From Marsupella aquatica (taxonomy: Eukaryota > Plantae > Marchantiophyta): a DNA stretch of 64,000 nucleotides. Made by a program: the position numbers and the translations under genes. The notes beneath the pieces were generated by a model. It made no database searches. It saw only the letters and a program-made list of their open reading frames with translations, and was not told where the DNA came from. Positions 12,230 to 23,549 of this stretch are shown in pieces. The stretch is taken from NCBI GenBank assembly GCA_973895155.1, contig OZ316894.1, positions 14,337,680-14,401,679 on the forward strand, given 5' to 3'. Within the stretch, counting starts at the first letter, position 1. Each line of letters opens with the position of its first letter.

Positions 12230-15200
12230 ATGGATCCTGCATGGTATTTTGCCACTTGGAATGTGTGTGGGCTTTGCAACCCCAATTGGAAGCACATTGT
12301 TAAGGACTGGGTGCACTCTCTACGACACCCACTTACGGCTTTAGCACTACAAGAGGTCAAGGTGGACCAATTCAGGCTGGACATTGCACTGCGTGCGATC
12401 TTTCCTGGATATCAATGCTTCTCATCTGCACCGGATGAAGGTCATGGTGGTTCAGCCATTTTGTTGCATCCATCGCTGAAGGTGATTGCTTCTGGACAAG
12501 TTGATTTGGGAAGGGCGGTATGGATACAAGTGGAGCATGAGAAGGGGAATTTTGGGCTGATCAGTATATACGCTCCTAACAGTTCTTGGGAGAGAGTGCT
12601 ACTCTGGAATGAGATAAAAGAGGTGCTACCTTTGGATCAATGGATATTATGTGGGGATTTTAATATGACTGAAAGCAGGGATGACTCTACTGGCACTGGT
12701 CCGCTCTTGCGAGGTTGAGAAACAGAATTTTGGTGCTTTCTAAAAACTAGATTTAACTTGGAGGATGCGATGAATATTATCGGGGGGGTGAATGGATCAA
12801 GATTTACGTGGAGGAAAGTTTGGTTTGGAAGGGTTATTCAATCAAGGCTGGACAAATTTTATTCTAGTGAGCAGGGTTGATGGATTTTGGAAAGTTGATA
12901 CAGCTGGTGCATGAAGAGGGCACTTCACTCTCTGACCATGACCCAGTTCTCATTTAATTTAAATTAGGCAGTGATGAGGGGACCGGATCGAGGAGGAAGT
13001 CATCGTACTTCAAGGCCAATCCTGCCTTCCTACGATCGGAGGAGAACTAGGGGAAATTGAAATCGGCATGGGAAGAAGGGAAATGGAGGTGACGGACCCT
13101 CACCTCCATTTTGTGCAGGCTAAAAATAGACTCAGAGAGTGCCTAAAAGGTATACAAGGCACCCCGATGGCTCAGCAGATGGCGACGGAGGCGATTAGGG
13201 AGAAACTTTGACTATTGAAGGTTACATTGATGGGGGAGTACTCGGATGGGACTCTGAGCAAGTACTTAACGGTGGAGAATCAGTTGCGCACAGTGGAACA
13301 TGATGAGGCTCAGCTGGGGCACAAGCTTGCTAGAATTAAGTGGTTGGGTGAGGGTGATGAGCCTTCTTGCTTTACTTTGCTACTGTGAAAGCTAAACGCT
13401 GTCGAGAAGCTATGCCCTTGCTGCTACTTGAAGATGGAACCACGATTACCAATGAGGCGGAAGTGTTGAAGGAAGTGGAAAAGCAATGCATAAAGTTAAT
13501 TGCACTTGAAATTCGGACTGAAGAGGGAAGTAGAGAGGTCAGAGAAGCACGTAATAAACTGTTGAGGAATACCGGGAGGGCCCTGAATGACAAGGAGTTG
13601 CATGCACTCGAGGATCTTCCGCTTCTCAAGGAGGTTGAAGGAGTATTATGGATGATGCCTGCGGACAAAGCGCCGAGACCAGATGGGCTCACTGTGGAGG
13701 TCTTTCATAGATGCTGGGCTTTTATTAAGAATGACATGATGGAGATGATTCAAGCATTTTGGGTCAATGGGGAGATGGCTAACAATATCAAAGATGGGAT
13801 TATTAAGTTCATCCCTAAGAAGCCTGATAAGAGGAGACTGAAAGACTGGCGGCCACTCACGATGCTTAATACAGTGTATAAGATTATTGCTTAGAGGTTT
13901 CTTGCACTTTGACTCAAAGTCCTGTTACCCAAGCTCATCAGCGTGCAACAGACTAGTTTTATCCCCGGTAGACATATCCTGGAGAATATTTCCATTGCAT
14001 GGTTGACGAATGACTGGTTGAAACAAAACAAGTGCGAGGCCCTATTTTTAAAATTACATTTTGAAAAAGCTTTTGATAGAGTTTATCATTCTCATATTTG
14101 GGAGTCTATGCACCTTCTCGGGTTGGGGGATCATTTTATCATGTTGGTTAAGGCATTGTTAAGCAATTCCTACTCTTGTATCCATGTGAAGGGACTTCTG
14201 GCGAGATTCCCCTACTTTGTGGTGTGTGGCAGGGATGCCCTCTCTCGCCGCTACTTTTTGCCATCTCTACACAACCACTTATGGACTTTCTTGATGCGGA
14301 GCTCAAAGAGGGCAGGCTCAGTGGAATTCAGATCACTGTTGGGTTGACTATTTGTTACAGACTTTTTGCAGATCATTTGGGGATGGTGGTACCAGCCACT
14401 GAAGTGGCTTTTGTTCAAACAAGGGTTGCACTAGCATGCTATTAGCTAGCTTAGGGGGCTCTGTTGAACCTACGCAAGTCGGTGGTTATACCTCTGGAGC
14501 TGGCAGTGATTCCGGGTTGGCTTTCACAATCGGGTTGTACCATTAGCAGATCAGGGGAGGTGCAACGCTATCTTGGGGCACCACTTGGCCTGAGCCTCCG
14601 GACTTCCCAACTGCATGACTTTTGTTTGGATAAAATTGCTCAGCGACTATCATTTTGGACTTCTAGACTGCTGTCCTTTACTGGTAGAGTGCTGCTAGTG
14701 AAACATGTATTGCAGGCTATTCCTATTTACCATATGATGTTCCTCAAGTCCTCTACGGAACTGGCAAAAAAGATGATTGCCCTCTACCAAAACTTTTTAT
14801 GGGGTTACAATCCGGCTGGAGGCAGTAAGGTTCCTCTGGTGGCTTGGGTTACTTTGACTCGACCCAAGGTGATGGGTGGGTTGGGATTCAAAAAAAATTG
14901 GATTCATTTGGACGCCCTTTTGAGTCGCTGGTTTACGAAGGCACTGGATGACCCCAGCTCTGAATGGGCTCGCCTACTTGGGGCTAATCTGATGTTGGCT
15001 AAGTGGCACAATCAAAAGGGTATAAGGAAGAATGGGTATTCGGTTAAGGATAGAATTCTGTTAAGCTCACCATCAAATTTTGGTAAGCTTAGATATACAG
15101 GTAATCTCTGGCAGGCTTGGGTGCCTCTTCGATCGGGAATATCTGATCTTCTATCCACTGAATGGAACTATTCCTGGGCACTGGGGAATGATGGACCTGT

Positions 15201-16177
15201 TGAACTGCCTGGAAGGATTTCAATCACTATCTGTTGGCGTTTTGCATGCTCTTGTAGAGATTTGTGGGAGAATTGGACTCAGAAGAGTGGATGCACTGTG
15301 GTCGGATCGTGGAGGATGTTGGATTTTGGTGGCTGCCAGGATTGATAAAGTTAGAGGTATTGATCGAGAGAGGCAGGAGATGTGCCATAGGCTGATGGAC
15401 ACAATTTGCTCTGCTAGAAGGTGTATGTCTGGTGCTGTATCCTCTCCTACATCCTGGCACTGGGGAGATTGCAACGATAAGATCAATGTTTTCAGACTTG
15501 AAAACAAAAGAATTTACCAGATCATGTTGCGACCTAAGGGATCGGAGACCTGTAGACTGAACAGAATTTGGGGGGGCTCTCGGACTGAGAATGAATGGAG
15601 CAAGCTTTGGCTCAATCTGTCGACACTTGACATTGCAACTAGGGCTAAGACCTTTCTATGGCGGATCATTGCGCAAGGGCTTTTCTCGGGTGTGAGAGCT
15701 CTTAAAATTGGTAAAGGGACTGGGAGGTGTGGGATGTGTACTGGCTCATGGGAAATGATTCCTCATATAGTTTTCTTTGAGTGTAGGCCCCGGTGTAGGC
15801 ATGCATGTCGGTGCTGGAGATTAGTACAGGATTGTATGGCAAGTTGCTTCACATGGCCCTGTTTGGACATGCTTCCAATGCTGGACTCTACTGTGGGTAG
15901 GGAGAGCATGCATACGGTGAAGGCCTTTGTAATGTACCAAGTTCTATGGACTATTTGGCTTGGCACGAATGAGCAGATTTTTTATCAGAGAGATAGACGT
16001 AGTTTTGACCTCACACTTGTTCTCTCCAAGGTTGTGGACTCGCTGCATGCAGCTTGTAGGGTCACTCCTGGTCGGAAACTCTCCAGGCTGCTTTGTGCCA
16101 AGGGAACTATAGAGATACTTAGGATCAGGTGGATTCCTCAGATTGGCAACCAGTTTTTTTCGCTGCCCGGTCTGTAG
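12230..16177 (+). pseudogene. LINE ORF2 (APE endonuclease, reverse transcriptase, zf-RVT)
   Basis: TWNVCGL, LQEVK, SIYAPN, GDFN, SDHDPV; KAPRPDG, WRPLTMLN, FEKAFD, QGCPLSP, LFADH, RYLGAPL, GGLG; KTFLWR..C..C...H. Confidence 0.92.
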
Positions 16178-16489
16178 GAGGTTTGGCGGCTGTCACTTTC
16201 ACGTTCCCGTTGTTACTGCTAGGGGGGATGTTTTGGGCTGCTGGTGTGCTAGGGTATGTTTGCCCCGGTGGCAATCGTGTCTGTGGACTTTGCCCTTGTA
16301 GGGTCGTTGATTTGGGCTGGGGGCTCATCTGTGGGTTGTGACTACTCACTTTCCCGCTTGGGTTCTTTGGCCCTTTGTTGTATTGCCTTTTTGGGCTTTT
16401 TATGTATTTCGATGGCCTTTTGGGTCCCCCCCTCCGCGGGGTTCACGCAAAAAAAATAAAATATATATATATAAATGAGAGTCATTGGA

Positions 16490-16640
16490 AGTGAGAAGAT
16501 TTGCACAGGAAATGGATGGGGATGACAATATTTCATCGCTACTCACAAGAGTGATTCTAGAATTGCACACAACTACCGGGTTCAAGTGTGCTGCTTCCCT
16601 TGTTGCTCTTGTGATGACTTCTACAAGAGGCACACACGAG
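16490..16640 (+). pseudogene. MULE transposase fragment, first half of the SWIM zinc finger
   Basis: Removing the LINE restores the frame: KQMRVIG|SEKICTGNGWG*QYFIATHKSDSRIAHNYRVQVCCFPCCSCDDFYKRHTR. Confidence 0.75.
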
Positions 16641-18244
16641 TGTCAGACCCTCACTTATGAGCTAATAAGCCTTATTGTACTAAAAGCTTGCACTTGATAG
16701 CTCTTTATCACCAGGAACTACGGGAGGGACGCTCCATAAGAAGGAACTACCTCTATTTCCATTAAGCCTTTGCTTCTCCTTGAGACTGTGCAGATGTATT
16801 TGGTTTCCGTCACCAGATATGGGTATTCTTTGGTTTCCACCGCTGGAAATGTCCCCCTACCCGGAAAGACAACTAATCTAGGTCTCCCTTTCCCAAAGAG
16901 AAGACTTCTGGACTCACAACAATCATATGAGCAACATGCTAGACCACAAGGGCCTCAAGATTTCAGATGAGTGCACATCAACAATTTCTTTCCCAGAAAC
17001 GCGCTGAAATTTCATAAGAATTTCAAAGGAAGTACATGGGTAGGTTGTCACTACCTACTTGCTATACTTTAGCTTCTTCAACTCCTACTACTTAACACTA
17101 TGGTCCTTTCAAGCCTCAAGGCATACACTTGAGTTCTAGTACCCCTAGAACATCTACCTTAGTTCCCCTAAGGTCTCTTAGTGCTACTCCTTGATTCTCC
17201 ATACTTGGACCCACACAAAGTAACTCACACCAACTTAAGTACTCCTTGCTTGGCTCCAACTCATCACAAAGTCCAAAACCACCCCAAAGGCCAGCAAGTG
17301 ACTCATCACTAAAAAAGACCAGCCCACCTTTCAAGGGGGTCAAAGATCCTTACTTATCCTCCTAACTATCTCACTAACTCACTTGTTTGTCTTACCTAAC
17401 TAATGAGCTAGTTGGTGGCCTTTTGAAAGCCTAAATCAACTCCTTGATTTTAGCCCTTCATTCAGGTCCACCTCACCTCCTGACTTGGCTATCCTATCCC
17501 TCCAAATCAGGGACTAAGTCAGCCTCCAAAGTACAGTCATCCCTATTTACCAAATAGCTCTAAAAATAGTAGAGGGATCAACTTCCAATGGCCCTCCAAG
17601 TTCCTCCAAAGTCTCCATGTAACTCAGGTCCTTAGGTACCCTCCATGTTGGCTTTAAGGACTCCACTCCTTACCCTCCTTATTCCTGGACTCCAGAACCA
17701 GCCTAGGTCCCCTTGACATGAAAGAGCCCTTCTCCAGGCCTCACCCATCCGATTAGGGCCTTGCGAATGACCCAAGCATGGTACCTCCTTACCGTACTGG
17801 TTAGTGGCTTGGTAATCTGGTTGTCCTCTCTGAAATGCTTGAGGTACACCTTGGTGAAAGCCCTCAGATTTGAACTTCTGCCCCTCTTGTCCACCTTTGA
17901 GCAAGCTAGGTATTGGAACCCCGTGAGACTACAAACGTAAAGGCCCAGTACTCATGTGAAATATAAGCCCTGGTCTTGACAGTAAGTGCATGGGTGAACG
18001 GAGAGAAAGAACTCATGGAAATAGGAGAATGAATGCTTCCCATCTATGGTAGAGTCAACTGCCTGATTCAGTTTGGAGCAAGGAGAGAACTAAGCTAGGA
18101 CTTAGAGAACTGAACTTGTTTGAAGGGATCGTGGATTATTTGAAGGAAGTCTGGCTGGTGCTTCTGTTCATACCAGCCCTCCATTCTCACAAAAAATATC
18201 TCCCTTCCATGTGTTCTTCTCTCGATTGTCGGTTGACCTTGGTA

Positions 18245-18399
18245 GCATTCAATTTGTGAGTCCAAAGAGCAGCCATTCTAATTTCAGAAATATCTCTATG
18301 GACTTGATACTAATCCTGCATTCAATTCTTGAGTCCAAAGAGCAGCCATTCTAATTTCAAAAATATTTCTATGGACTTGATCCTGCATTCAATTCCTGA
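18245..18399. repeat. Tandem duplication of a ~70-bp unit (2 full copies + 1 partial)
   Basis: GCATTCAATT..GAGTCCAAAGAGCAGCCATTCTAATTTCA..AATAT.TCTATGGACTTGAT starts at 18245 and 18318, with a partial copy at 18385. Confidence 0.85.
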
Positions 18400-19210
18400 A
18401 GTTAAGGGCCACAGCTCAGATTTCTTGTCAATCACCCTAGCTGAGGAAATGGTCTTCTAGCTGTCCACTGTTGCCACCTCGAAGTTCCCCTATAGAAGGT
18501 GCAAGTTGATTTCGCCTGAAGAGCCCCCTTGTTAGCAGTCGATGACTTCTCCTTTAAATGTAAAATATTCTCTCTGATTCAGAAATTTCAATCTTCTCTG
18601 TTAATTTCCCTTCCAGCCTTTGCTTTCCCTTTGATCTCCTCCTTTAATTCATGCTCCAGAATTTCCTCTTCTAGTTCAGGTCTTCTGATTCTCCTTGAGC
18701 CCAGCATTCCAACCCAGTTCTTCTTACTTGATTTGGTGGAGTATTGGCTCTCCATTCAGCTGCAGCGTTGAGCTCCATCTTCCTTCAATTTCACTTTGAT
18801 TTTTGCTCTATTGAATTCTGGGCTCGACACCTGGCCTTAGCTAGCTCTTTTACATTGTAACCCTGCCCTTTACAGATGTAAATGAGTCCACCACGTTTCT
18901 CTACGCAGCTGATTTACCCCTCTGTATGCACAAAGAACATTCCTCCCTTTAAGTCTCCCTTCAAGTGCTACTTATGGCATTTAACATTAGCCATCTTCGC
19001 CTATAGCTCAAAACTCACTCATTAGAAAAAAACTATTATGAACATACTCCTGGCTTTCCTAGCCCTAGGGCTTCCTAAAACAATTCTTAGAATTGATATA
19101 TAACTAAACTTGGCTTTTCTATAATTGTTCAAAGTCTGCAATCCGTCATAATTCATAGCTACTTTTACAGAATTCGAACCACTCCCAAAAAGTATCTATA
19201 AGTCCAAAAC

Positions 19211-22200
19211 TGTTGTGGGATTAATGAGACAAAGAGTTGGTTCCATCTTTACTCTTGGTAGAATATGTACATGTGGCTACGGCCTAAGTAGTTAGGGTAG
19301 TTACATAGGTAGTTATCCCAAAGATAGACTTAACTCAAGTATGAGTTACAACACTCCCCCTTTGTAACATTGGGGTTTAAATGTTACAATCAAGAGTCTA
19401 CTTTGGGTATATTCAGTGGTATACAATAGGTTTTGTTTATGTCTAGCCTATTTTATAAATGGTGTAGCCATCTCAAGTCTACTATAAATGAATGTCAAGC
19501 TTCTCATAATAGATGTCTTATAATTCATGTTGCATGGTAAAGTGTAAGTGGGGGATGTAACCTCATTAAAACCTCCCCTACTTTCTTTGTGGGAGGAAAG
19601 AGTATTACCATCCCCATGGGTGTAACATATTTGGGTTTAAGCATATAGTGTATGTGTAATTTCTACAAAGTCTCTTAAGGTGCTTGTCAGCACTATAGGC
19701 TTGTTGAAGATCTTCCTTGGTTGATTGTTTCTCGTGTCTCCTTCCAATCTGGAAATGGAGACTCCTTGATGGTCACCGATTACATGCCATGACAAAATAA
19801 AGTATTAGTACAAAATGAAGATGATATGGTGTAATCCATGGCCTTGGAATTGGATTGGGTGTCCAACCCTAGATTTGGTGTGGGCATAACTTATTTGCAC
19901 CACATCACGTACCATATCCACAACATAGGGTTATCATATTGGGGTATGGCGCACCATCTCTTATGGTGCCTTACCATGCCATGTCTCACCTTATGGTACC
20001 TTATGACCTGGTACTGTACCTCATATTATCATATGGTACTTTAATATCCAGTATACCTCATCAAGTATTGGTACGTGATTGTGTTAACACCATGTTCAAT
20101 CATTTATAAAAATTCCTTAGATTTCATGATTTGCCATATGCATGGAATAGAGTTCCATTTTTAGGTATTCATTGGTGCGAATCGAAAGGCACTTGTGCAA
20201 TAGGCACATCCCATGGGTTACATTGCTTGATGTCAAGTCTTACTTGAGGTCTCCCCCTCAATTTGTCATTTACTTCCATGTGCAGTAGGCACTCATTGGC
20301 TTCCATGTGTAGTAGGCACGGAGCTTAACTTTTAAGTGCAGTAGGCACGTTGGGAAAAACAATTCTCCCCCTGAATTTGTGAATGGCAATTCTTATATGG
20401 TAATATTCCCAATAGATATCTTTCATTTTAATGCCATTTTGTCCCCGTTCTTAGTATGTGTGTTTCCCTGGTTCAGTGCACATTGTTCTTTGTATACGCA
20501 AATCTATTTGATGGGTTTTGCAATTAAGGAGGGTTTGCACTTAGCGGTATGTTCTCGACGTTTTCTCAAAGTTTTGAAGTTCTTTGTTGCGAGATTTGTT
20601 CGTCAGCTGCAGGCGTTCCCTTCGTACTCTTTAAACGTCAAGTATGCCTTCTTTCTTTGTGGTCCTCTGCTCTATCTATCGTCCTTCACTCCATCTGCGC
20701 CTGGTCATGGTTGTCGACAGTATAATTCTCCGGTTTGCGCTCTCTCTTATCTTCTGTTATTGGTCCCAATCCTTCCTTCGACAAGGGGAAATCCTCTGAA
20801 TCTTCTGCTTCACTCGCTTATTGTGGCATGGTTCCTTCCTTCATTCCTTCCCTCTGGTCACTTCTTGCTGCATTCCTTCATATTCATTTCCGAATTTCAA
20901 CACCTCCACATCACATCACTATTTCGCTCTATGGTGGTTTGTTATCCTTATTGCCGAAATCGATACGGCACTTGTATCGTTCTGGATGCGGTATCGTACT
21001 CGAATGACTCGGGCCTCCTTCTCCCCTGTCCTTATCATTGTGTGCCGAATTGTATCTGGGTCCAATCCTTCTTCTCTGTAGTCAGTTCTGTGTGTCTCTG
21101 AATCAGGTGGACTTCAAGGTAGTCGGTGGCCCGGTCGGTAAGTCTTGCTCTGTGTGAGGGCCCTTGTTCAAGATTGGGTCGTCTGGTCAATTTCAAAAGG
21201 AAAATTCTCTTTCATCAAAGCGCCTTTGTCGTTCTTCCTTCTTCAAAATTCATTGGAATGCACTTTGAATCTCAGCCAGTGCGTATGATTTTGTCATTCC
21301 TTTAGGTCAGATCAAGCAGGGCGTTCACTTGCGTTCGTGAAAACAATCCATTCGGTTCATAATCCTCAGAACGCGGGAAAAACTTTGAAGGTTCAGTTCA
21401 CCATCGCCAGGCCCACGTTGTGCACATGGATGCACATGAAAGGAATGCCGATGTGGAGATAGGGAATTAGTAGAATCTGATGAAAACTCTTCTGCTTCTC
21501 TAGCTAGCCGCTTCCGCCTTTAGAGATAACAATCCCTTTTTCCGCGATTGACATGACCTCACCTCGCATCACTATAGGACTCTCTCATCCGCAAATTTTG
21601 TGCACGCTATGACGCAATTCTTTATCCATCACATCACAATCCTTAATTCCGCCATCTCTCTCTCGTTCATTCAGCTTTTTCCAGCGATACATCGCCAAAT
21701 TCGTTCATACCTCTCTCTGCCCCTCTAACAAAGCTCCGTCATGGCTCGGCCTCTTCAGGTCTTAGAGTGAGTCAGTCATGGCCTAAAAAAAAATTTCAGC
21801 CAGTCTCAGGTTGTCCTTATCATCTTCGAACGATGTTGCGCTTCTTTCATTGATTCGTCAATGTCCTTGTTAAAAATTTTATTTCTGAAAGTGCTCACAG
21901 TTGTCGAATGGTTGCCTTCGGTCCTCTTTCCCGGATCTGCCTTACTCGGTCTTTCTTAATCCTGCTTCGATCCTTATGAGATTATCAATGTCTTCTTCTT
22001 TTCGTTGTTCAATTCGCCCTTCTTCTTAAAAAAAATTCATGGCCTTGCTCCGCTCAGCCTCGTAGAGTCGTGCTGATAACGTGTTGTGGGATTAATGAGA
22101 CAAAGAGTTGGTTCCATCTTTACTCTTGGTAGAATATGTACATGTGGCTACGGCCTAAGTAGTTAGGGTAGTTACATAGGTAGTTATCCCAAAGGTAGAC

Positions 22201-22224
22201 TTAACTCAAGTATGAGTTACAACA
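19211..22224 (-). mobile_element. Non-autonomous Bianca-type LTR element (TRIM/LARD-like), copy 1
   Basis: 143-bp LTRs at 19211-19353 and 22082-22224 (one mismatch seen); TSD AAAAC; minus-strand PBS CGTTATCAGCACGAC; PPT AAAGGGGGAG; no gag or pol. Confidence 0.93.
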
Positions 22225-22693
22225 AAAACTAGGTTTAGTAATTCTAAGGGATAGTGTTAGGTATAGTAACACCGTGGCTAGCCTTCAAAATACATTTTTT
22301 GCTCTATGGCTATTTTCCCTAGGTCCTGCAAGTTGGCTATTTTAAGTTTTGTTCCACTGTAAATAGCTTCTAATTGAACGGCCGAAATGACTTGCACTTT
22401 TACAAGGGTTCTCCAGGGCCTGCCTAGAACCTTCAGAAAAAATCCCAGCCTAAATTACAAACTCTAAGGATCTGATTACCTATCTAATCCACTAATCCAC
22501 TGTTAATCCACTGTTAAGTTAACCGTGGTTTAAACTAATTAAACTTTCTTACTCTGCTTTACTGAAGAGAGTTTACTTCAGTTTCACTTCTACTTCCCAC
22601 TCATTTACAGGCATAATATGCTTACTTAGAACAAAAAAGAAAAAATCTAACCTAAAACTAATTTAACCCACTAATTGAGCGGCTCACAACGAG

Positions 22694-22836
22694 GAAGACC
22701 CTACATGTCTTGTAAACATCTCATGTGGGTGTACTTAAATAAGTTTTTGCTTAATCTAGAGAGAGACAATCTTGTGAAACATCCAATTCTGACTGTTGGT
22801 GAACTGAGGAGTTTGATTTTGTTACACAGTAATTGA
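22694..22836 (+). pseudogene. MULE transposase C-terminus, second half of the SWIM finger
   Basis: Removing the solo LTR continues the frame as GRPYMSCKHLMWVYLNKFLL...LLHSN*, completing CxC-xn-CxH. Confidence 0.75.
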
Positions 22837-23211
22837 GTCAATCTCTTTTATCCATTAAGGTGGACGTTTAAGAGTACCTGTTTTGTCGCTTTCCAGGTTT
22901 CAGAACCAGAAGAATGTATGCTCTTCGACTAATAAGAATGCGAATATTATGTTAGCGAAGATCGTCTGGATATTAAGTGTGGGTCCAAAATGTTGCCTAT
23001 TTTGACTAGCAATGTCGCTAACAATGAACAACATGTTATAATACATAGGTTAAGTCTAGACTTGGGTTATCTGGACACCTAGGATTACGTTACCTTAACC
23101 TTAGGTAACTGCTGTAACTACCTAGACTTTGGCTTGAACCAACCACCATGTATATTCTCCATTTGGAACTTGAAGGAAGAACACACTTATCATTGTATAG
23201 TTACTCAAACA

Positions 23212-23225
23212 CGTTATCAGCACGA
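23212..23225 (+). promoter_or_regulatory. Half-tRNA-type primer binding site CGTTATCAGCACGA
   Basis: Directly follows the LTR-terminal CA and lacks TGG. The same motif occurs at 55182 (+) and 22081 (-). Confidence 0.8.
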
Positions 23226-23549
23226 TATGCTTGAGGCAAATTTTTTTCCAACATAGGATTTTGTGCTACAGAATGATGAATCAGATGTGGGGCTGTTGAA
23301 TGAGTTGAAACGAAGGTCATCCTTCTAAATTTTTTTAGAGAAGGATTCGCTTAAGCAAGTATCATAAGGATATAACCCAAAGAAGAAATTTGAATGGAAT
23401 TCATTGACTCCATTTACAAATTGACACCAACAACCATTACAAATTGAGACGAGAGAAATCTAGAAGCAAATTCAAAATTGATGCTTCATCAATTATCTGA
23501 GGAAGATTACACATAAGGTGATTTGAGGAAACTGCCAACATTGAGAAAA

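Larger units (their letters stand above)
9039..16472 (+). mobile_element. Full-length decayed L1-clade LINE
   Basis: 17-bp TSD AAATGAGAGTCATTGGA (9022-9038 / 16473-16489); A/AT tail at 16449-16472; ORF1 and ORF2 remnants. Confidence 0.95.
16641..22688. mobile_element. Solo LTR (~3.0 kb after removing the nested element) with decayed minus-strand coding remnants
   Basis: TGTCAGA...GGCTCACA termini with 5-bp TSD ACGAG (16636-16640 / 22689-22693). Its removal restores the SWIM reading frame. Confidence 0.8.

Noticed and set aside
19838-20044. Identical 68-aa ORF in both non-autonomous copies (also 57733-57939)
   Set aside because: The identity is explained by near-identical DNA across the whole shared kilobase, so it is not evidence of coding selection.
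20379-21101. 240-aa hydrophobic ORF as an env-like or membrane protein
   Set aside because: It is antisense to a purine-rich non-autonomous element and is not preserved as one ORF in the second copy.
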